Translations under genes and position numbers: made by a program | Notes under the pieces: model-generated | The model's input: the letters and a program-made list of their open reading frames with translations, nothing else | Databases searched by the model: none | Told to the model about the DNA's origin: nothing | In this document: positions 58,256 through 64,000 of the stretch, piece by piece | How positions within the stretch are numbered: the first letter of the stretch is position 1 | How the letters are laid out: each line of letters starts with the position of its first letter | Assembly: GCA_963719945.1 (NCBI GenBank) | Contig: CAVRDX010000003.1 | Span: forward strand, 96,001-160,000 | Reading direction: 5' to 3' | Source of the DNA: an uncultured Thermoplasmata archaeon | GTDB taxonomy: Archaea; Thermoplasmatota; Thermoplasmata; UBA10834 | Length of the DNA: 64,000 nucleotides

Positions 58256-59365
58256 TCATTTGACGAGAAGGTCATCGACTATCTCAGCTATGTCTCTTAT
58301 CTCTACATCGACCTTGATCAGGTCATTTCCGAACCTAAGGTTGGTCACACAGAATGGACATGAGGTGATCAGAACATCAGCAACATCCGAGGCTGCCTTC
58401 ACTCGCCGTGAAGCAATCCTCTGAGCTGCGCTTGGATCAGCTGAACGCACTCCTCCTCCGCCACCACAGCATTTCGCGGAATCCTTGCTATCCTTCAGCT
58501 CCACATAGGTCGATTCCGGAATCATCTTCAATATCTTTCTGGGCGCATCATAGACCTTCAGATGCCTTCCCATGTGGCATGGGTCGTGGTATGCGATCCT
58601 CTTCTTGAATGGTCTGAATTCGAGTTCTTTCCTTGCAAGGAACTCTGTGAGATGGAGTGCTTCAAAGCCCAGTTCCATGTGCTTGGGGTACTCCTTTCTG
58701 AACATCTTGAGGCATCCAGCGCATGTGAATATCAAGGTCTTCACGCCTAGCCGCTTCACTGCCTCGACATTCGCCCTCATCAGTTCTAGGGCGAGTTTAT
58801 CCTCCTGGCCAGTCCTTCTGAGCGTGCTTCCGCAGCAGACCTCATCGACCATCGTGAAATCGACTTTGAGCTTCTTAAGGATCGAAATGGTGTGTCTGGC
58901 AATCTCGGGAAGTCTGTATCTTGCAGTACATCCCACGAAATATCCTACCTCAGCTTCTTTGATTGGCCATTCAAAGTCGACCTTTGCGGATTCACCATAC
59001 GGGTTCCCGGTCTTCTTCACATTCTCCTTGATCTTGGTATGTGCATCCAGTCCACAGCCAGCTTCGACTATGTCTGCTCTGACCGCCTCGACTATGTCGA
59101 CTACTTGGATGTTGGATGGGCACCGTCGTTCGCAGTCTTTACAGGTGGTGCATTGGTAGAGTCGCTTAACGACAGATTCGTCAGCGGGTATCTCGCCGCG
59201 CACAAGGCCGTATGCAAGAATCACTTTGCCTCTCGCGACTGATGGATCCCATTGGTTGTCTTCGAAGTAGGGGCAGACGCTCTTGCAGAAACCGCAGAAA
59301 GTGCAAGTTAGCATCTCCTTCTCGAGTTTCCTTGCCCGGTCCGCCTTTATCTTCTTGCCAACCAT
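58256..59365 (-). CDS. Fe-S oxidoreductase (GlcF/HdrD-like, CCG domains)
   Basis: Two CxxCxxCxxxCP motifs, CCG, YHDPCH, CCGGGGG, CPFC. Confidence 0.9.
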   Translation of the reverse strand: MVGKKIKADRARKLEKEMLTCTFCGFCKSVCPYFEDNQWDPSVARGKVILAYGLVRGEIPADESVVKRLYQCTTCKDCERRCPSNIQVVDIVEAVRADIVEAGCGLDAHTKIKENVKKTGNPYGESAKVDFEWPIKEAEVGYFVGCTARYRLPEIARHTISILKKLKVDFTMVDEVCCGSTLRRTGQEDKLALELMRANVEAVKRLGVKTLIFTCAGCLKMFRKEYPKHMELGFEALHLTEFLARKELEFRPFKKRIAYHDPCHMGRHLKVYDAPRKILKMIPESTYVELKDSKDSAKCCGGGGGVRSADPSAAQRIASRRVKAASDVADVLITSCPFCVTNLRFGNDLIKVDVEIRDIAEIVDDLLVK

Positions 59366-59399
59366 ATGACTCGCCGATCGGTGATGAAGCCAGTAGCGT

Positions 59400-60642
59400 T
59401 CACTGGACCTGTGGGACTGTAATCACAGCGTCCATAATAAAGGTCACCTTGGATGATGGCCCTAGTTCCGATATTGCGGCATCGATCGCTTCCTGCAGAG
59501 TGGCCATAGGTACCATATGAGCTTTCTTGGCGATCGCAGGGTCCAGTTTGGTCACGGCCATCATCTTGCACTTGAGGCCTATCTCAGCCATCTTACCTGC
59601 TTTGTGATACCCTAGTTTGTATGTGTGGGATATCTTGTCTAATACATCCTTTGGGGTATTTGCGCTCCCAAGGAGATTAAGGAATGTTTCCGGACCCACC
59701 CCGGTTCTGCAGGCGCTGACCAGTATGATTACCCCACCGTCTCGCACTGCGTATTTTGCATTGTCCAACGCCTTCTGCGATTGATAAAGGTCGATATCAT
59801 ACGGGAACGCGGTCACCGCCACCACGACATCTGCTTTCTCCTTGAGCTTGATGACGAATACCTCATCCGCCTTCTTGACACCGCCTCTGAACGCTCGTTT
59901 CAGGTCACCGGCAGATGCATGGCATATCTTGTGATGCTTGTCCAGAACAACCATTATTGTGAAAATGCGTTTATCTTTCAGAGCTTGGACGACTTCCTCC
60001 ATATCCTCATGTACGGGGTTCCCTTTCAATCTAAGGGACTGAGCTTCCATCTTAAGAGCCAGCTTATGGTTCTGCTCTATAGTCTCATATGCTGCCACGC
60101 CTGGCAGGAACGATTTCCTGCCCCCGGTATATCCTGCGAAGTAATGTGGCTCGACGCTGCTTATCACGAGGATCCTGTCTGCATCCATGACCTTACGGTT
60201 CAATCTGAGTTCCGTCCCGTTCTTCGAGGTCCCGATGAATATCATTTCGCTATTCCTCGAATCGTGGGCTTCTACCCTGTCCTTGATCCGATCATACATT
60301 TCCCCGAAGATGAACCGATACTCTTCCTCCGTTGGGGCCCGATGCATGCCAGTCGCTATGAGATAACTGACATCCACATTTCTCAAGATGTGCGTCGATT
60401 GCATCGAGTATGCGTCCTGTCGGAGTGGGTCTGGTCGCATCGTTCACTATCACTAAGACGTTCTTGGCTCCTTTCAAGAAGTTATCGAGGTTGTCCGAGC
60501 CAACGGGGTTGGCTATTGCGTATTCGAGAAGTCTGCCTTCATCGACTGGTGGCAACTCCTTAGGGTGCACAATCTCGCCGATGTTCGCGTCCGGGAGATC
60601 AACGATCTCCTTTCCGTCCCCATACTTAACTTCTATGCGCAT
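59400..60642 (-). pseudogene. larA: Nickel-dependent lactate racemase LarA family, split by a frameshift near 60380
   Basis: N-terminal half (VNDATRPTP) is in ORF 60292-60642; the rest (ATGMHR, PHYFAGYTGGRKS.LPG, DLYQSQK) is in ORF 59400-60440. Confidence 0.8.
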
Positions 60643-60766
60643 GCGGAATACCGGCGAGCAATAGAGCTTCCTGTATTAGTACGTTAAGGTTTGTCACGGT
60701 AAGCGTAGGGGCTCCTCGGTCAGGTCTTAAGAAGGCTTAATTACGTCATATGAATCTGTATCGCTC

Positions 60767-61744
60767 ATGAAGACTCTCGGGACCCTTGGTGAGCGCGAGG
60801 CCATAAGGGTTATCGACAGGATCGTCAAGAGCGATGTCCCTGTAGGTATCGGGGATGACTGCGCAGCTATGGACATTGGCGACAAGTATCTGCTGGTAAC
60901 CACGGACATGATGGTCACCAAGACACATATCCCGAAGGGCATGGGTCCCTATGACATCGGCTGGTCGCTGGTGGCCGTGAACCTGAGCGACATCGCCGCA
61001 ATGGGTGGCAGGCCCCTGGGCTTAGTGACTGCAATAGGCATAACCAAGGGCCATCCAATTGACTTCCTTGAGCAGATGGTCGATGGGATGAATGACTGTG
61101 CCCTCAGGTTCGGTACTTCGATTGTGGGCGGAGACACCAAGGAACACGAAGATCTGATTCTCTGTGGAACGGCGGTTGGTGAGGTCGACAAGGACAAAAT
61201 CCTGCTCCGGAAGGGCGCGAGGCCGGGGGATTTGATTGTAGTCACTGGTTGTCTTGGTAAGGCAGGCTCCGGATTCTATTCATTAAAGCGTGGTCTCAAC
61301 CTGAAGGAGGCTGAGGACAAACTCAAAAGACCATGGCCGAGGATAAAGGAAGGTCTGGCGCTGGGAGCTTCGGGTTATGTCACTTCCTGTATGGATATCT
61401 CAGATGGTCTTTCTGCATCCATATTCGAGCTGTCCAGAAACTCGGGATTGACCCACGAGATTGACTATGCTCTGGTTCCAAAGGCTTCAGAGGTTTGTCA
61501 GGCATTCCAGGATGCCGAACGCCAGAAGGACCTGGTACTCAATTTCGGTGACGATTTCGAGCTTCTGTTTACCATAAAGAGGGATCACGAGGCCGACCTC
61601 GCAACTCTGTCAGAACAGATTGGCTGCCCTTTGACAGTCATTGGCAAAGTGACGAGTGGTGAGGAGAACATACTTATTGACAATGGAATGAGGGCGAAAC
61701 TGGAGAATCTCGGATATGAGCATTTCCGAATTCGCAAGGCATGA
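60767..61744 (+). CDS. thiL: Thiamine-monophosphate kinase
   Basis: GIGDDCA, NLSDIAAMGG, VGGDT, MDISDGL, DFELLFT. Confidence 0.95.
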   Translation: MKTLGTLGEREAIRVIDRIVKSDVPVGIGDDCAAMDIGDKYLLVTTDMMVTKTHIPKGMGPYDIGWSLVAVNLSDIAAMGGRPLGLVTAIGITKGHPIDFLEQMVDGMNDCALRFGTSIVGGDTKEHEDLILCGTAVGEVDKDKILLRKGARPGDLIVVTGCLGKAGSGFYSLKRGLNLKEAEDKLKRPWPRIKEGLALGASGYVTSCMDISDGLSASIFELSRNSGLTHEIDYALVPKASEVCQAFQDAERQKDLVLNFGDDFELLFTIKRDHEADLATLSEQIGCPLTVIGKVTSGEENILIDNGMRAKLENLGYEHFRIRKA

Positions 61745-62744
61745 AGCACTCCATTATTCGGTCGAGGGGGACAAGGTCCGATGCAGCCTATGTCCTCATT
61801 CCTGCTTGATCTCCAACGGCAAACGAGGGATCTGCGGAGTGCGGGAACATCGTTCATCCAAGCTCTATTCGTTGATATATGGTAGAGCATCCTCGATCCA
61901 TCCTGACCCTATCGAGAAGAAGCCGCTGTTCCATTTCCTTCCGGGGACGACTGCAATCTCATTCGGGAGCGTAGGCTGCAACCTCTCATGCAGGCATTGT
62001 CAGAATTATAGCATCTCCCGAGCGGATCCATTCGATTCAGAGCTGGTAACCATTACGCCGGATGATGTGGTCCGCTATGCCAAGGATACAGGCGCGTCTT
62101 CAGTGTCCTGGACATACAACGAACCCATAATCTGGCATGAATTCACAACGGTTGCCTCCAAGGTCGCTCACGCCAATGGCCTGAAGACTAGCTATGTGAC
62201 GAATGGTTTCATACAAGAGACTCCACTCCGGGAACTCCGTGGCCTCATAGATGCCATGAACATCGATGTGAAGGGTTTTAGAGAGGCGTTCTACAAGAAT
62301 ATCTGCGGAGCCAGTCTTGAACCGATTCTCAGAACATGCGAGATAGCTCATGAGATGGATATTCACATAGAGCTGACATATCTCATAATCCCAAAGCATA
62401 ATGACACAGAAGCGGAGCTAGGTGAGTTCTCCCGGTGGGTGAACGACAAGCTGAGTCCCGAGATTCCAGTTCACTTCTCGGCTTTCCATCCTGATTACAG
62501 ACTCATGGACGTTCCGCGCACGCCGATATCCACATTGGATCGAGCGTATCGAATCGCGAAAGCTTCTGGTCTGGAATACGTGTATCTGGGGAATATCCAT
62601 GCAGCTGACAAGGACAACACATACTGTCCAGACTGCGGCTCTTTGATGATCGAACGCGATGGTTTCGTTGTATCAACGAACAAAACCAAGGACGGTGTCT
62701 GCAGCAAGTGCGGCAGATCGCTGAACCTGATAGTTGCACGCTAG
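61716..62744 (+). CDS. amrS: AmmeMemoRadiSam system radical SAM enzyme
   Basis: CSLCPHSC, DPIEKKPLFHF, GCNLSCRHCQN, TYNEP, YLGN, CPDCG. Confidence 0.9.
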   Translation: MSISEFARHEALHYSVEGDKVRCSLCPHSCLISNGKRGICGVREHRSSKLYSLIYGRASSIHPDPIEKKPLFHFLPGTTAISFGSVGCNLSCRHCQNYSISRADPFDSELVTITPDDVVRYAKDTGASSVSWTYNEPIIWHEFTTVASKVAHANGLKTSYVTNGFIQETPLRELRGLIDAMNIDVKGFREAFYKNICGASLEPILRTCEIAHEMDIHIELTYLIIPKHNDTEAELGEFSRWVNDKLSPEIPVHFSAFHPDYRLMDVPRTPISTLDRAYRIAKASGLEYVYLGNIHAADKDNTYCPDCGSLMIERDGFVVSTNKTKDGVCSKCGRSLNLIVAR

Positions 62745-62759
62745 GAGGATCATTCTGGG

Positions 62760-63410
62760 ATGGATGTTCAGTACGTCATCGAGGTCCTTAGAATGGAGTA
62801 TGGAGGGGATGGATGGTGGCCTTCCGAATCAGTCTTCGAAGTCACCGTGGGCGCCATACTGACACAGCGCGTATCCTGGAAGAACGTCAATATGGCCATT
62901 GCCAATCTAAAACGCGTCCATGTACTCGATCCACGGGCAATAATGGCGCTCGATGAATCGCGCTTGCAGGAACTGATCCGCCCATCGGGATTCTATAGGC
63001 AGAAATCTAGATATCTGAGGACATTCTGCGAATACATCCTCGATCGATATGATGGAGATCTCGATCGCATGAAGGGTATGCGGACAGCCCAGCTTCGTGG
63101 AGAACTGCTGTCGTTGGACGGTATCGGTCCAGAGACTGCCGATACGATACTCCTTTACGCGCTCGACCATCCAAGCTTCGTGGTGGATTCCTATGCATTC
63201 CGCCTCTTTGGTCGGCTAGAACTTGGTCTGGGTCGGTCATATGACAAGGTCAAGAACGAGGTGGAGGATGCGATTGGCAGAGATGTTCGAAAACTCTCCC
63301 TTGCGCATGCACTTGTCGTGACTCAGTGCAAGACACATTGTCTTTCAACCCCTCTATGTCTGGGTTGTCCACTTTGCGGGGATTGCCCTTCAGAGGTTCA
63401 TGAGGGGTAG
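62760..63410 (+). CDS. Endonuclease III / HhH-GPD DNA glycosylase family
   Basis: GAILTQ, PSGFYRQK, GIGPETADTI, VVD, C-terminal Cys cluster. Confidence 0.9.
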   Translation: MDVQYVIEVLRMEYGGDGWWPSESVFEVTVGAILTQRVSWKNVNMAIANLKRVHVLDPRAIMALDESRLQELIRPSGFYRQKSRYLRTFCEYILDRYDGDLDRMKGMRTAQLRGELLSLDGIGPETADTILLYALDHPSFVVDSYAFRLFGRLELGLGRSYDKVKNEVEDAIGRDVRKLSLAHALVVTQCKTHCLSTPLCLGCPLCGDCPSEVHEG

Positions 63411-64000
63411 AAGTATATTGCCCACTATTGTCGTGAACACCAGACTTGCGAATATCGGGATGATGAAAGGCACCTTTGGAGTGACCCAGAGACGTTCATG
63501 ACCGGCAGCGACCAATTGCTCAACCTCCAATGCAAGCTCTTCCTTTCTCCGCGGTCTTGTGTGTCGTACATGGTTTCCGTCGACGATGTGTTCCATCAGC
63601 CAGACATGTTTCCCGCCGATGTCATCTGCATCCATCCTGTATCCGAGGAACGCATATGGTAATTCGAATTCTCTAGATGCGATGTTCTTCACAACGAATA
63701 GGATCGGGAGGAACACAACCAGAATCGCAGCGTTCACCAAAACGATGAACGAGAACGGGAAGAAGACCTCAGTATACCAATCTCCCAATGCAATTATCGG
63801 GAAGATATCGATCTGCGGATAGAATGGGAACATGATTGAGAGCGCAATCAATGCCTTCGCATCCGCCCCTCCGCGGATGATGTCGAAGGCATACATGACT
63901 ATTATCGCGAACATCATCACTGGGATTGTCAATAGGTGGAGGAAATATTTGTCATCCTTCCACATGTATGCGAGGATTATTGTGGATGCGATCGCGCAGC
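63390..64000 (-). CDS. Prepilin/preflagellin peptidase (A24, PibD/FlaK-like); 5' end outside the window
   Basis: GGADAK catalytic motif, WVTPKVPFIIP, multiple TM helices. Confidence 0.88.
   Translation of the reverse strand, partial: CAIASTIILAYMWKDDKYFLHLLTIPVMMFAIIVMYAFDIIRGGADAKALIALSIMFPFYPQIDIFPIIALGDWYTEVFFPFSFIVLVNAAILVVFLPILFVVKNIASREFELPYAFLGYRMDADDIGGKHVWLMEHIVDGNHVRHTRPRRKEELALEVEQLVAAGHERLWVTPKVPFIIPIFASLVFTTIVGNILLPLMNL

Noticed and set aside
1-64000. CRISPR array, rRNA, transposase or integrase
   Set aside because: No regularly spaced repeats, rRNA-like stretch or recombinase motifs were seen. The only tandem repeats are within coding sequence.

Overview
Archaeal chromosomal window. 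tRNA intron, aRF1, L18e/RpoN and PurP indicate archaea, and the gene set suggests Thermoplasmatota (inferred, not searched). It is mostly housekeeping genes: argS, pheS, trpS, aRF1, pyrH, adk, purP, mutS-mutL, rpl18e-rpl13-rps9-rpoN-tRNA-Pro, an intron-containing tRNA-Gln, thiL and folP. It also encodes secreted peptidases, surface proteins, two non-pyrrolysine MttB-family methyltransferases and lactate-metabolism genes (larA is frameshifted). The standout is a compact eukaryote-like ubiquitin conjugation cluster at 48565-50823: Uba3-like E1, ubiquitin-like protein ending in GG, canonical UBC-type E2 (HPN plus catalytic Cys) and Rpn11/CSN5-like JAMM protease, with no recognisable E3. A second eukaryote-like module is a Rab-like GTPase coupled to a V4R-DUF835 protein at 2704-4145. 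No CRISPR array, rRNA or mobile element was seen. All product calls come from motif recognition; no database searches were run.
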